Positions 28,077 to 39,301 of a DNA stretch of 64,000 bases are shown here, piece by piece. The translations under genes and the position numbers were made by a program. Source of the DNA: an uncultured Planctomycetota bacterium (lineage in GTDB: Bacteria > Planctomycetota > Planctomycetia > Pirellulales > Lacipirellulaceae); the NCBI GenBank assembly GCA_963719315.1, contig CAVRBU010000006.1:128001-192000 (forward strand), given 5' to 3'. Positions within the stretch are counted from its first letter, which is position 1, and every line of letters begins with the position of its first letter. The notes beneath the pieces were generated by a model that was not told the DNA's origin, made no database searches, and saw only the letters and a list, made by a program, of their open reading frames with translations.

Positions 28077-29819
28077 TCACACTGGCAATTCCGGCAGGGC
28101 TTTTGATAACTCCTCTTTCAGATAGGTTTTCACGTCGCGTGCGCTTTCTAGTTCGAGCGCGCGTTTGGCCACGCGCTCGCATCCGGAGACGGAGACGCGG
28201 CGGCAGACTTGTTTGATTTCGGGGATGGCGGCCGGCGTGACGCTGAGGCTCCGCAGGCCGATGCCGAGCAGCAGCATCGTGTACAGCGGATTGCCGCACA
28301 TTTGGCCGCACATGCTGATCGGCACTTCGAACTTCTTGGCGGTGCGAACCGACATATCGATCAGCCGCAAAACGGACGGATCGGCCCCCGTATACAGACC
28401 GGCGACGTCTTTGTTGCTGCGATCGACGGCGAGCGCGTACTGAATAAGGTCGTTCGTGCCGATGCTGAAGAAGTCCACCTCTTCGGCAAAGTGATCGAGC
28501 ATCATAACGGCGGAGGGCACTTCGACCATCATGCCGACTTTCATATCGCGATCGAACGGCGTGCCTTCCTCCTCCAGGTCTTCACGGGCTTCGCGGAGCA
28601 GCGTTTTGGCGTGCTTGAGTTCGAGCAGCGTGCTCACGAGCGGGAACATGATGCTGATGTTGCCGGTCGTGCTGGCTCGCAGGATGGCCCGCAGTTGCTT
28701 GCGGAACATGTCGGGGTGTTTCAAGGCGAGGCGAATGCTGCGGAGGCCAAGAAAGGGATTGTCTTCGTCTTCCGGAAAGGGGAAGCCAGGCATCTTATCG
28801 GCGCCCAGGTCGATCGTACGCAAAACGACGGGCTTGTCGCGGAGCGCCGTGGCAACGGCGGTGTAGGCCGAAGTTTGCTCTTCTTCGGTCGGCTCGGTGT
28901 CGCGCGAGAGGAACAGAAACTCGGTGCGGTACAGGCCGATGCCGTTGGCGCCGCGATTCTGGCACTGATCGACTTCGTACGGGAACTCGATGTTCCCGAG
29001 GAGTTGGATGCGGACGCCATCGGCCGTTTCGGCGGGCAGGTCGCGGAGCTTTTCGAGCTTGGCGGTGTGGGAGCGATACTGCACGACCTCATGCCGATAG
29101 CGGGCGATCGTTTCCTCATCGGGATTCAGAATGACGAGGCCCTGATAGCCATCGATGATGGCCGTCTCGCCACCGGAGACGCTCGTCAGGAACGGCCCGA
29201 TGCCGACGACGGCCGGGATGCCGAGAGCTTCGGCAACGATCGCCGTGTGGCTGCCGGCGCCGCCGATTTCGGTGACGAAACCGCGGACATATTTCGGGTC
29301 GAGGTTCGAGGTTTCGCTGGGCGTAAGGGTATGGGCGAGAACGAGGACTTCCGCATTGATGTGGGCAAGTTCTTCGCGGCGTTTGCCGAAGAGGTGGCGG
29401 AGGAGGCGTTTTTCGATATCGAAAATGTCGGTCGCCCGTTCGGGCATGTAGTCGCCATCGAGCGACTGAATGATCTTGGCGTAGTGGCGCAGGGCGCGGC
29501 TGACCGAATATTCGGGCGAGTAGTGCCGCTGGCGGATCATTTCCTCCAGTTTGCCGCGGAGTCCGCGGTCGTTGAGCATTTGAATATGGGCCGAAAAGAT
29601 GGCGGCCGAATCCTTGCCGAGTTGCTCGGAGACGCGGTCGCGATGGCGCTCGATTTCGGCCGAGGCGGCGGCGATGGCCCGATTGAGGCGATCGAGCTCG
29701 TCTTCCACGGCGTCGCGAGGCAAGAACCGCCGAGGGATGCGGAACCCCTCGTTGTCCATGACAAGCACTTCGCCGATCGCCACGCCGGGCGAGACGGCAA
29801 TCCCTTGAAGACGTTCCAT
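28077..29819 (-). CDS. ptsI: PEP-protein phosphotransferase (PTS enzyme I)
   Basis: GGAGSHTAIVA phospho-His, GIGLYRTEFLF, NPFLGLRSIR, FSIGTNDLIQY. Confidence 0.96.
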   Translation of the reverse strand: MERLQGIAVSPGVAIGEVLVMDNEGFRIPRRFLPRDAVEDELDRLNRAIAAASAEIERHRDRVSEQLGKDSAAIFSAHIQMLNDRGLRGKLEEMIRQRHYSPEYSVSRALRHYAKIIQSLDGDYMPERATDIFDIEKRLLRHLFGKRREELAHINAEVLVLAHTLTPSETSNLDPKYVRGFVTEIGGAGSHTAIVAEALGIPAVVGIGPFLTSVSGGETAIIDGYQGLVILNPDEETIARYRHEVVQYRSHTAKLEKLRDLPAETADGVRIQLLGNIEFPYEVDQCQNRGANGIGLYRTEFLFLSRDTEPTEEEQTSAYTAVATALRDKPVVLRTIDLGADKMPGFPFPEDEDNPFLGLRSIRLALKHPDMFRKQLRAILRASTTGNISIMFPLVSTLLELKHAKTLLREAREDLEEEGTPFDRDMKVGMMVEVPSAVMMLDHFAEEVDFFSIGTNDLIQYALAVDRSNKDVAGLYTGADPSVLRLIDMSVRTAKKFEVPISMCGQMCGNPLYTMLLLGIGLRSLSVTPAAIPEIKQVCRRVSVSGCERVAKRALELESARDVKTYLKEELSKALPELPV

Positions 29820-30147
29820 GTTGTTTCGCGATTCGACCGTCAACTTCGGGCGCGAAACGGAGCGTGCTGCGCGGGGCCGGCTCTTCCGAATTGAGCACGG
29901 CTGCGGTGCGCGCCCCGAGGCGATTAGCCCGGCATGGGGCCGCATCGGCGAGGGCAGAATTCCGCGAGCGATTTCGAAGAGGGCCGCGGAGCGCAGTCGC
30001 CGACGCGCCGGAATGCCGTCGCGTCGAGTTACAGGTCACCAAATATGTTGTTAAGTGTGCGATACGTAGCCGAGGTGAGGGCGCCAGGTTGGTGTTCATG
30101 GGCGGGACGACGGGCGTAGGGCCGTTCGCTTTCCCGCGATGCACGAA

Positions 30148-30462
30148 TTACTCAGGCGATTTTTCCTCAACTGGCTGTTTGTCGTCGTCACCCTGAAAAC
30201 CGCTCTCGGCGAGCGTTGCCAAAGCATCGACTGCTGCTTGGGCATCAGGACCTTCCGCTTCCAAAGTCAATTGGGTGCCTTTTCCAGCACCCAGTGTGAT
30301 CAGGTCAATAATGTTTCTGGCATCCACGCGGCGATCTTGGCGAATTACTTCAATGCGCGACTGGAATTTTGCCGCCAATTGCGCGAACAATTGCGCCGGG
30401 CGCACGTGCAATCCCAGTGTGTTTTGAATCAGTAGGTCACGTCGGATCGGGGAAGTTTGCAT
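30148..30462 (-). CDS. ptsH: Phosphocarrier protein HPr
   Basis: NTLGLHVRPA (His15 motif), VDARNIIDLITLGA. Confidence 0.93.
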   Translation of the reverse strand: MQTSPIRRDLLIQNTLGLHVRPAQLFAQLAAKFQSRIEVIRQDRRVDARNIIDLITLGAGKGTQLTLEAEGPDAQAAVDALATLAESGFQGDDDKQPVEEKSPE

Positions 30463-30565
30463 TTAGCGGCGTCGCTGGCTGCTAGCGTCGCGAGATTCGA
30501 CGGCGATCGCCGCGAACGGGCGACGCGGCTAAATGCACGCTTTGTAATTGTACGTGGACCGGTTT

Positions 30566-31042
30566 TTAGGATGAAAATTGATTGTTGTCGGCTTCTTCGA
30601 GTAGTTGCCAAACGTCTTCGGGTTTTTTGCTTTGCTTGAGGAAACGGCAGAACGTATCGTCGCGGAGTTGGCGGGAGATGTTTTCCAACGCCCGCAAGTG
30701 ATCGCCGGGGCGATCGGGCGGTGAGACCAGCAAGAACAATAGGTGGACCTTCTCGCCATCGAGGCTGTCGAAGTTCACGCCGTTTTCGCTGATCGCGACA
30801 GTGCCGATCAGCTTTTCGATCGACGGGTGCTTCGTGTGGGGGACGGCCACGCCTCGGCCGATGCCGGTACTGCCCAGTTCCTCGCGCTTCAAGATGGCTT
30901 CGACGATACTTTCGTAGTCTTTCTCGTTGATCTTCTTGGCTTCGAGCAAGGAGGTGGCCATCGCGCGAATTACGGCTGGCTTTTCGCCGGCCTGTAAATT
31001 GGTTCGGATCGCCTCACGGCATATGAAATCAGAGAACTTCAT
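30566..31042 (-). CDS. ptsN: PTS EIIA (fructose/nitrogen-regulatory type)
   Basis: [17 protein letters not shown]. Confidence 0.9.
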   Translation of the reverse strand: MKFSDFICREAIRTNLQAGEKPAVIRAMATSLLEAKKINEKDYESIVEAILKREELGSTGIGRGVAVPHTKHPSIEKLIGTVAISENGVNFDSLDGEKVHLLFLLVSPPDRPGDHLRALENISRQLRDDTFCRFLKQSKKPEDVWQLLEEADNNQFSS

Positions 31043-31189
31043 CGTTCAATTCGCCTCGTCGGACCGATAACGGATAATTGCCTGTTGAAATCATCAACCG
31101 AGCCAACGACGGCGCGGCCAGCCATACTTTCACTGCTCATTTGCCAAAGATCGATTTTCCAACCACTCACAAGGCGGCGCCTGCGCCGC

Positions 31190-31540
31190 TTATTCCGCTT
31201 CTGGAATCGAAGTTGTTTCGCCGCGGCGAGGATCGCCCGTGCGATGCCGCTCCTGGACTTTTTCCTTGTACTTGCGAAGCTGCTGCTCCATCCGGTGCAC
31301 GACGGCGTCGACCGAACCCATCAGACTTTCAGACTGGTCGTGGGCGACAAAGTCGTGCTTGTGCTCGGCGGCAACGTTCAGATCGACCCGCGGATTGGCT
31401 TCATCCGTCAGATCGACGATGAATTCGATGGCGGTAAGCCGATCGAAAATCCGTAGCAGTTTTTCCGCCTTGGCCGTAATCTTCTGTTGCGACGCTTCGC
31501 TCAATTGACCATGTCGGGTGGAAATCTTTATCTGCACCAA
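31190..31540 (-). CDS. hpf: Ribosome hibernation promoting factor / RaiA
   Basis: IKISTRHGQLSEA...SVDAVVHRMEQQLRKYKEK. Confidence 0.92.
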   Translation of the reverse strand: MVQIKISTRHGQLSEASQQKITAKAEKLLRIFDRLTAIEFIVDLTDEANPRVDLNVAAEHKHDFVAHDQSESLMGSVDAVVHRMEQQLRKYKEKVQERHRTGDPRRGETTSIPEAE

Positions 31541-31771
31541 GTCGTCCCCGTTGCCTCGTTTGCCAAGTCGCTCAACGCAGCGCCGCGCTGGATTGCCTTC
31601 ACAAACCGGCTATTCTAGCCTGATTCGCCCTGGCGGACAAACGGGGACTTTTCCGGGGAAAAGCAAGACAAGGAGACAGGAAGGCAGGGAGAGGGGGAGA
31701 CAAGGAGAAGAGGAGGCAATGAGATTCGGGTGCGAGGCGAATTACAATCGGCTTCGCGAATTCTACGGCCG

Positions 31772-31868
31772 GGGTGGCATGCCCTCGCTCGCGCAAACAT
31801 GCTCGCGCGAAGCGGAACGATGAACCGCGAGCGTGGGCATGTGGCGCTTCGCGGGAGCATGCCACCCC
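31772..31868. repeat. REP-like inverted repeat
   Basis: gggtggcatgccc...gcatgccaccc outer arms. Confidence 0.65.
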
Positions 31869-31877
31869 ATCGCAGTC

Positions 31878-34383
31878 TCACTCGGTATTTCCGAGTGACA
31901 CCGGTTTCAACTCACCGGCCTCCAGGCGTGCCCGCCAGCGGCGGACGTTTTGCGTGCGCTCGGCCAGGTTGGCCGCGGGGTTCGGCATGAGCCGCTTCCC
32001 GGTGATTTCCCACAGGTCTTGGACGGCCAGCACGCGGTAGTCGAGGCTGTCGTCCTCCAGCCAATTGATGAGTTTCACCAGAGAGCCGGATTTCATTTGC
32101 TCGGCGGTTTGACCGATCTGCTCCGCGTTGTAGCCGCAGAGCATCTCGTACAAATCGGCGGCGGCCGGTTTGCCGCGCTGATCGACGAGCGCTTGAAACA
32201 CCTTGCCTGCCGACTCAGGGCTGAGGGCCATCGCCACGCGAAGCGTATCGATGTGTGTCTTCCAATTCGCCTTTTGCTCGGAATCGCGAAGCGCGTCGAT
32301 GAAGGGCTGGAACAAGCCGACGTGGATCGAGCTTCGCGCGACGAGCGATTTCACTTCCTTCCGGCTGCTGCCTTGATACAACTCGAGGAGCTGCGTGTCG
32401 GCCGGCGCGTTCGAGACCAGCGTGCTTTCGATCACCGGTGCGCCGTAGCGTTGTTCGCTGAGCTGCACGATCGGTTCGTGGTCGATCCACTCGGGCGGCG
32501 ACGCGTCTTCAGCGACTTCGGTCGCTCCGCCTTCGGCGAGCGTCCAGCGCGAGGGTTTTTCGATCACCTTGTCTCCGGCCGCATCGTGCCAGGTGATGCC
32601 GCCGTCCGGTGCAAACAGCCGCGTTTCCACGGGCGCCGGCGACTGCCGCGGATCCTGGCCAGGCACATGCTTGCGTTCGACTTCGACTGCCAGCGTCGCG
32701 TTGCGATTCAATCTGGCGACGCCCGTAGTGGCGCCTAATTTCAAGCGGATCTGCTTTTCGGTGTTGGACGGATTCACAAGCACCAAGCGGCCGTAGACCA
32801 ATTCCAAGGAGGGGGTGACATCGGATGAGGGCGAAAAAGCAGCGGCGGCCGCGGCTTCATCGGCAATGCCCATGATGACTTGTGTCCCGCCGCCCAGGGC
32901 CAGTTGTATGCCAGAGGCGAGCGCGATTCGGGGGCGAAATTCGGGGAGGGACAATACCCGCTCGCCGGGCACAATGGCCGCGCGGGGTTCTACGCGGAAC
33001 CAGGCGCCGGCTTTGTCGTCGTGACGCATCAAGACGGTCTTGCCGCCCATGTACGTTCCCGAATCGGGCGGAGCGGTTGGCACGCTCGGGGCGGAGGACG
33101 CTCCGACGCCAGGAACTCCAGTGGTGTCCGGGGTTGCGGGGTTCGTGGGCGGCGGTAGGGGGGTTGAGGCCGCAAGACTTGAAGTGGGCGGAGTCGTCGT
33201 TGTCGGAGTTGCCGAAAGCGGAGTCGTCGCCGGCAATGCTGCGGGGGGTGGAATCGCCGCGGATGTTTCGGCGGGAATGTTCGCGGTCGGCGCTTGTGGA
33301 ATCGGCAGCGATGGTACGGGCGCCGCGAGTGTCGCTGGCGGAATACCGGTCGCCGTATCCGGCGGCGTCTCAGTTGTCGGAGGCGGCGTCGCACCCGGGG
33401 TAGTAGTAGCGAGCGCTGCCAATGGGGCGGCAACGTCGTCGGTTGTGCCCGGTTGTGACGGTGATGTAGCTGCGGGCGCACTGCGCACCGCGTAGCGGTC
33501 CGAATCGTCGGGGTTATTTGAGGCAACCGCCGCGGAGGGCGCCGCCGTGAATGGCGGGATGCCCGGTGTCATTGGTTGCGGCGGTCCCGGGAGTGGCGGC
33601 GGAGACGTGTTATCGGTGGTGGCTGCGGGTATTGATTCAGCGCCGGTGTCCACCGCGAGTGGCGCGGCGTTATTGGAGTCAACAACGTCGCTTTCCGGTG
33701 CGGTGTTTGTCGGCGGCGAATTCTGAGTTGTAAGTGGTGCGAGCGGCTTGTTGCCGCCGAACCAACCGCGCAGACCAGACACGAATACGATGGCAGTGCC
33801 GATTAGTACAACGGCCGCCAATCCGATTACGGCATTGGTGGATCGCCACCAGGAGCCCGCGCAGGTACTCCGGGATTTCGACGGAGTGGGATTGCGGCGC
33901 GTGGATCGCTGGAGTGGCAATCGGTTGAACTGGAACCAAAGCAGAAGCGGCCGCGGCCGTGTGGGCCGATTCCACGCGCATGCGTTGGCGATCGTTTGCT
34001 TCGGAATCGATCGTATACATCCGCTGTCGGGCGATCGGATCGACATCGGCCGGCGCGCCGAGGACCATCGTCAGCACGTGGTGGCAGGCGGTCGCCTCGG
34101 CGAGGTGGACGTCGGACTCCAGGCAGATGCGCTCGAAGTCGCCGACTTGATCGGCCGGCATGACATTATCCAGGTATTCGGCGACGGTGTTGGGATCGAG
34201 GCCCATCCCGGTGCCGATAACTTGCGGTGCGCTCAGCCGCAGGCGGCGAACGGTGTCGCGGGTGCGGTGGACCAGCTCTTCGGCAAACTCGCTGGACTCG
34301 ATTTTCTGAGAGAGCTCTTCTTTATCGACCGGGTCCAGGACATCATCCAAATAGGCCAGCAGCGTGCGGAGTGTGAGTCGCAT
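31878..34383 (-). CDS. Large single-pass membrane protein with Pro/Thr-rich linker; frameshift near 33840
   Basis: N-terminal MRLTLRTLLAYLDD...FERICLESDVHLAEATACHHVL (33679-34383); TM helix, Pro/Thr/Ala-rich region and C-terminal domain (31878-34046). Confidence 0.7.
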
Positions 34384-34705
34384 GATTGGTTTCTCGAACG
34401 TGGTGGCGATAGATAGCCGACCCCTTTGGGGTCGGACGCCCGGCCGGAACGGCCGGGCTATCTACCCTGTTAGTGGCGGGAAGCCGTGGTGGCCGTGCAA
34501 GAAAATCAGAAATGCGGGCAATTAGCTAAAAAGCCGGTGTTACTGGTGCCAGCAACTTCTACGAAAACGGCAAGATTCAGGAGTGTGAGAGCGGGGCGCC
34601 AGCTTGGCCACAAAATAGGTGCCGAGCCGGATTCTTTGCGATCTTCCGAGAATCCTGTGTGATCGGGCGTTGCCGTGGACACTACAGTGTATGAGCAGGA
34701 TCGAC

Positions 34706-35239
34706 ATGGACTTAACTGCACTCCTAAACAATTACCGAGGACCACTTATTGGGCTTATTGCCTCATGGGGCGCCCCATGGGGGGACGCCATTGAAATCGC
34801 CCAGGACAGTTTTTCCGACGCATGGTTGAAGCGTGAATCGTGCCGCGGCGACTGGAGCGATCCCGAAGTTTTTGGACGCTGGTTGCGCGGCGTAGCGCTC
34901 AATCGGTATCGCAATTGGTTGCGGAATCGTTGGCGCAATCAACTGCGTGTCGTCACGCTGGCGCCGGCCGATCTAGAACTTGTCAACGCTGCACCCGATC
35001 CCGATCCATCTCCACAGTTGGAAGCATTGCGGTCCGCCATTGAACGATTGCCGGGCAAGCAGCGCCAAGTCGTGTTGATGCACTACCTCGAAGAAACCAG
35101 CGTTAAGAATGTTGCGGCGTTATTGTCGGTCACTGCAAAGACGGTCGAAGGTCGGCTCTACCAAGCCCGCCGGGCGCTCCACCGCATGCTGGGCGATCCT
35201 TCCACGTCCAAAATTGGAATGTTGCTGCTATGTCTGTAA
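34706..35239 (+). CDS. ECF-type RNA polymerase sigma-70 factor
   Basis: DAIEIAQDSFSDAW, FGRWLRGVALN, AIERLPGKQRQVVLMHYLE, TVEGRLYQARRAL. Confidence 0.9.
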   Translation: MDLTALLNNYRGPLIGLIASWGAPWGDAIEIAQDSFSDAWLKRESCRGDWSDPEVFGRWLRGVALNRYRNWLRNRWRNQLRVVTLAPADLELVNAAPDPDPSPQLEALRSAIERLPGKQRQVVLMHYLEETSVKNVAALLSVTAKTVEGRLYQARRALHRMLGDPSTSKIGMLLLCL

Positions 35240-37053
35240 CTTTAATTCCAGAAGACGATCTGCGTGCCGCACTGCGTCCGTTTCGTGTTGATCCAGCCAC
35301 GTTCGGAGATGCCGTCCTCGCTCGGTTAGTCGCTGGTCCACAGCAAGAAGAGAACGATTTCGCTAACCTCTCGCCGATGCTGCGCGGCGCTGCGGCGTTC
35401 TTGCCGTTGGGAATCATCGCGCCAGGCCAGGCGCCCGGCGGTGCGGCCAAGCTGGCCCCAGCAACCGGCGTCTACAAACTCCTGGGCTATGTAGCTTTCC
35501 CAGCGATCAGCTTATTCGTAATGCTTGGGGCCGCCATTTTCAGCGTTGTCAGAATTCGAAACATTCACGATGAGAATGATTCTGAACCATCAGAACCGAT
35601 TGACAAGGAAGCATTGTTCGCGAGCACCAAGCAATGGTGGCACAGCAACAGGTTGGGCGCACTGCTGGTATTTACTGCTACCCTGGGCATGTCCTGGATT
35701 GGCGCGACTTGGTTGCTGTTCCTTTTCTACATCGTTTCGTTTGGAATCTTGCTCTATGTGCTAACGAGCTTTGCCAAAATAGGTTTAGGGAATCGGCTCG
35801 TGATCGGCCAATCTTGTGTGACGGGCTTGGCCTTGCTCGGGCAGGTGGCCGGGTTCCCAGGAATTGGCGACCAAGACATTCACGTTCTCGATCAGTCGCT
35901 GATCGTGCCCCTGTTTTTCTGCGGTTCATTCGTGATTCTCCTCGTCGTCATCAGTTCGACGATTAGCAGCGCTTCACGAATTGCCGAACGAAGCAAAATA
36001 GCGCTTAAAGTCGTGAATGCCGGCCTGTTCGCCGCCATCCTTGTTCTTTTGACGATTTGGTACATGTGGCCGATTCTTCGGCCAGCCACACCGGCGCGCA
36101 TCAAAGACTACGTCGAGTCTTTTGACCACGCCGAATTCTCCAGCTCCAGTTGGCAACAGTGGGAAATTCCGGCGAGTTGGGCCGTCGAATCAAAACTGAA
36201 CCCCGATCTTTCTGCCCCCAAACGATTGCTGGACGCAGAGTTGGCGGATGAACAGAACCGGGTCATTCCGTTCATTCTCGGGAGCGCCTTCCGAGTGGGA
36301 CTCGTGCAGCCCGATCAGATTAATCAGCTAAAAGACTATGAGAAGCAGCGACATTATCTTTTCGATGATCCATCCCGCGTTCTGGCGACACGAGGAATCT
36401 CTAGCCTAGAACAGACCGATTGGGTAATCCGTGCCGCCGTTTTACGCAACGATTTAACCGTTGAAGAAAGAGATTATTTAGAGAAGCGGCTCCACGCCTC
36501 GTTGGAGGAAGTTTTCACCAGCAAGATCACAACCCTGGAAGAACCGCTTCGAGCAACGCAGCTGCTAGAAGTCATCGGACGCCCGGTCGATCCCGAACAG
36601 TATCGTGATCGGATACATGAGTTGCTGAGGGCGTTTCACTGTAAGAACGGCGGCGGATTTCAAGTTGCTGGCGGCTTTAAGGACTACAACACGAAAGACT
36701 TGAGCGTCGGATCGCTAAGAGCAACTTCGTGGGCCGTCGAACTCATGGCGTATTACGGGATCCCCAGCGACCTCAACATCGACTGGGTTCGCTCCTACCT
36801 GCGGCCGCTGTTCCTCCGATTCTCGCCTGAAAAATGGATGGCCGCAGTCACGCTTGACCGTCTGAATCGATTGCCCGGCGTGACGCATCCGACCTGGCTG
36901 GAGGCTATGTACTACGAACGTAGTCTACTTGCAGCCGCGGTTCTGGTTGGACTTTGCATTTACGCGACGCTGTCGTCACCCATGCCTAATGCCGTAGGCG
37001 CCACGGATGGAACATACCAAGCAGAATCCTTGTATGGCGACGGTCCGGTTTAA
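35230..37053 (+). CDS. Multi-TM membrane protein, putative anti-sigma factor
   Basis: Overlaps the sigma gene stop; several TM helices, a large soluble domain and a C-terminal TM. Confidence 0.65.
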   Translation: MSVTLIPEDDLRAALRPFRVDPATFGDAVLARLVAGPQQEENDFANLSPMLRGAAAFLPLGIIAPGQAPGGAAKLAPATGVYKLLGYVAFPAISLFVMLGAAIFSVVRIRNIHDENDSEPSEPIDKEALFASTKQWWHSNRLGALLVFTATLGMSWIGATWLLFLFYIVSFGILLYVLTSFAKIGLGNRLVIGQSCVTGLALLGQVAGFPGIGDQDIHVLDQSLIVPLFFCGSFVILLVVISSTISSASRIAERSKIALKVVNAGLFAAILVLLTIWYMWPILRPATPARIKDYVESFDHAEFSSSSWQQWEIPASWAVESKLNPDLSAPKRLLDAELADEQNRVIPFILGSAFRVGLVQPDQINQLKDYEKQRHYLFDDPSRVLATRGISSLEQTDWVIRAAVLRNDLTVEERDYLEKRLHASLEEVFTSKITTLEEPLRATQLLEVIGRPVDPEQYRDRIHELLRAFHCKNGGGFQVAGGFKDYNTKDLSVGSLRATSWAVELMAYYGIPSDLNIDWVRSYLRPLFLRFSPEKWMAAVTLDRLNRLPGVTHPTWLEAMYYERSLLAAAVLVGLCIYATLSSPMPNAVGATDGTYQAESLYGDGPV

Positions 37054-37169
37054 CCGGCGTTTCTTGACCGCTCCCCTAGCCTAACCCTGGTCAGTGTGTT
37101 TGCTCCGGCAGTCACAACAACAGACTCCGGCAAAAACGGGGCGAAAACTAGGGGCTTCCCTCATAAGAG

Positions 37170-37425
37170 CTATTCGTCGTCGCGGCGGAACGTGGCCAGG
37201 GCCAATACGGATGCCAGCCCTTGCCCAAGGGCCACTACGATTGGGTGAAGTTGCGGAGCTTGCACCGGCGGGACCAGCCAAGAACCGGGGTGCTCCCAAC
37301 CATCGGCGGTGCGGACCCATGTGAGCGTGGGCTGACTCTGCGCCGGAGTCGACCGCGCTTTCCAGGCGGCACGACAGCGTCGCAGCGCCGAGGAGTAGCA
37401 GCGTGATGCCAATGATGACACGCAT
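37170..37425 (-). CDS. Small exported/membrane protein, probably frameshifted
   Basis: MRVIIGITLLLLGAATLSC in one frame; WVRTADGWE...LHPIVVALGQGLASVLAL in another. Confidence 0.5.
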
Positions 37426-37978
37426 GAGAAGTGCGGACGACGTGGCGGGCGGTTGCCGGGGGGCGACCGACCGGCGCGATTGGTGGGGTTGAAATGCCGA
37501 TGAGCTCGGCCGCTGCGCTAACGGTCGAGGAGGGAGCCGGTGGGGCGGTCCCCACGGCACGTATTGCAACGCCGATGCCACGAATGCGGCGCTCGGTCTC
37601 TCGATTGCTCAGAAGGGCCTGAAGATGCTCGACTTACGTCGAGACGTTGCCGGCTTCACGGGTATCACACGGGTCGCGGTGTTGTGATTCGGCAACATGG
37701 CGGGCAGCCGGATGTTGCGGCAAATCAACTGTCTACTTCACGGCGAAAAACACCGACCACGCCAGCCGAGGCCGCGCCCGCAGAGTCTCCGTCGTCGGTT
37801 CCACCCGTGTGCGTGGCCGGTCTTTCCCGACACGCGCTTGTGGATGTGCACAACAAGTATTCGTCTGCTTTTTTTGGCGAATCATTTGGCGTTGCCGAAC
37901 TGGTGAGTACAATTCAGGTAGAAGTGTTACGAAACACTTTCCTCATCAGGCGCGTGACAATTCGACGGAACTTTTGGC

Positions 37979-38489
37979 GTGACACGCAACCGAATTCTAT
38001 TGGGCCGGGCGATCGAAGAAGCCGAGGGGTACACCGAACTCGGCATGCTGGAGCACGCCCTCCTGCGCTGCAACGGCGCGGGTCGTTGGTCCATGGCAAC
38101 GGCAAGGCCTGTTACCTGCTGGGCGAAGCGCTCCGCGAACTTTCGCGCTATGAAGAGGCGCTATTGCCGCTGGAGCGCAGCGCGGATCTGATGCCGGACG
38201 ATATTCACGTTCTGCTCGCGCTCGGTTGGTGCTACAAACGCACGGGCCAATTGGCCAAGGCGATCGAGGCGCTGGAGCGGGCCGTGCGAGTCGACGCCGG
38301 TGAGGCCGTGCTGCACTACAATCTGGCCTGCTATTGGAGCTTGGCGCGGAACCGGACGTTGGCGCTGCGATTCCTGCGCGGGCGCTGGAGCTCGATGCCA
38401 ATTATCGAGACATCGTCGCGGACGAGCCGGACTTCAACCCGCTCCGCAACGACTCCGCGTTCATCGCGCTTACGAGCGTGATTGTTTGA
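37979..38489 (+). CDS. Tetratricopeptide repeat protein, frameshifted
   Basis: EAEGYTELGM; CYLLGEALRELSRYEEAL; LGWCYKRTGQLAKAI; HYNLACYWSL; C-terminal DEPDFNPLRND. Confidence 0.8.
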
Positions 38490-38783
38490 AATCGTGGATC
38501 GTGGCAGGCAGCGCGCGCGATCGCGGGCCGCCTCCCTCAGGGCCGATCAGTTATCGAATGTAGGGTGGGGCGAGTCTGCGCAACTCGCCGTTTTTGCTCG
38601 GTCGAGGTACAGTTTGCAGAAAAAGTGCAGTCCTCTCGCTCCGCGCGAGGAAATTGCGTCTCGCGGAGAGCGAGGCGCCTACATTAAACTGTACCACTCC
38701 GCCTTCCACTTCATCTCATCTTTGCTCGACGAATTGATGGCCGATATAATAAGGGGCGCGTCCTTTCGATGTGGGAGCAACTC

Positions 38784-39062
38784 ATGGCTGAACTTCAAAT
38801 CAACCTGCCGGATTCGATCGGTGAATACGGCGACGCTCAAGTGGCTTGCGGCCGTTTTCCGACCATCAACGACTATTTAGGCGCGTTGGTCAGTGCCGAC
38901 GAGCAAGCACAAAAAGTGGTTGTGCATCTCAACGAGAATCCGCAGTTGGCGGCGCTCCTCCAATCAAGTCTGGATGGTGGAGAGGGGCGTAGCTGGTCGC
39001 CTGCCGTGCTTAGGGAGTTGAAGCAACAAGTTTTTGACCGTGCCGCAGGAAACAAGATGTGA
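38784..39062 (+). CDS. ParD-like antitoxin
   Basis: MAELQINLPDSIGEYGDAQVACGRFPTINDYLGALV...LAALLQSSLDGG. Confidence 0.7.
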   Translation: MAELQINLPDSIGEYGDAQVACGRFPTINDYLGALVSADEQAQKVVVHLNENPQLAALLQSSLDGGEGRSWSPAVLRELKQQVFDRAAGNKM

Positions 39063-39232
39063 CGAGGCCGGTTCGATTACGAAGCGTCGCCGAAAGCGAT
39101 ATCGCGGCGCACGCGCGGTTTCTGCAAGATAAAAGCAGTGATGTCGCGATTCATTTCCTCGATGCATTCGACGCCGCGCTGACCATCCTGCAGCGCTCGC
39201 CCACGGTTATTGTCGCTGCAACCGTGGGCTAG
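39059..39232 (+). pseudogene. Truncated ParE/RelE-like toxin
   Basis: GTG overlapping the antitoxin stop; VRLRSVAESDIAAHARFLQDKSSDVAIHFLDAFDAALTILQRSP, then ends in a palindrome. Confidence 0.7.
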
Positions 39233-39301
39233 CGCCCTGCGGCTAATATCCTTCTGGCTAACAGCTAACAGCTTATGGCTAATAGCTACTTGCTCTGCTT
39301 C

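Noticed and set aside
28209..29894. Long antisense or alternate-frame ORFs (561 aa here; also 1051-2472, 7929-9410, 57810-59027, 59392-60510)
   Set aside because: Shadow ORFs of well-supported genes, expected at high GC.
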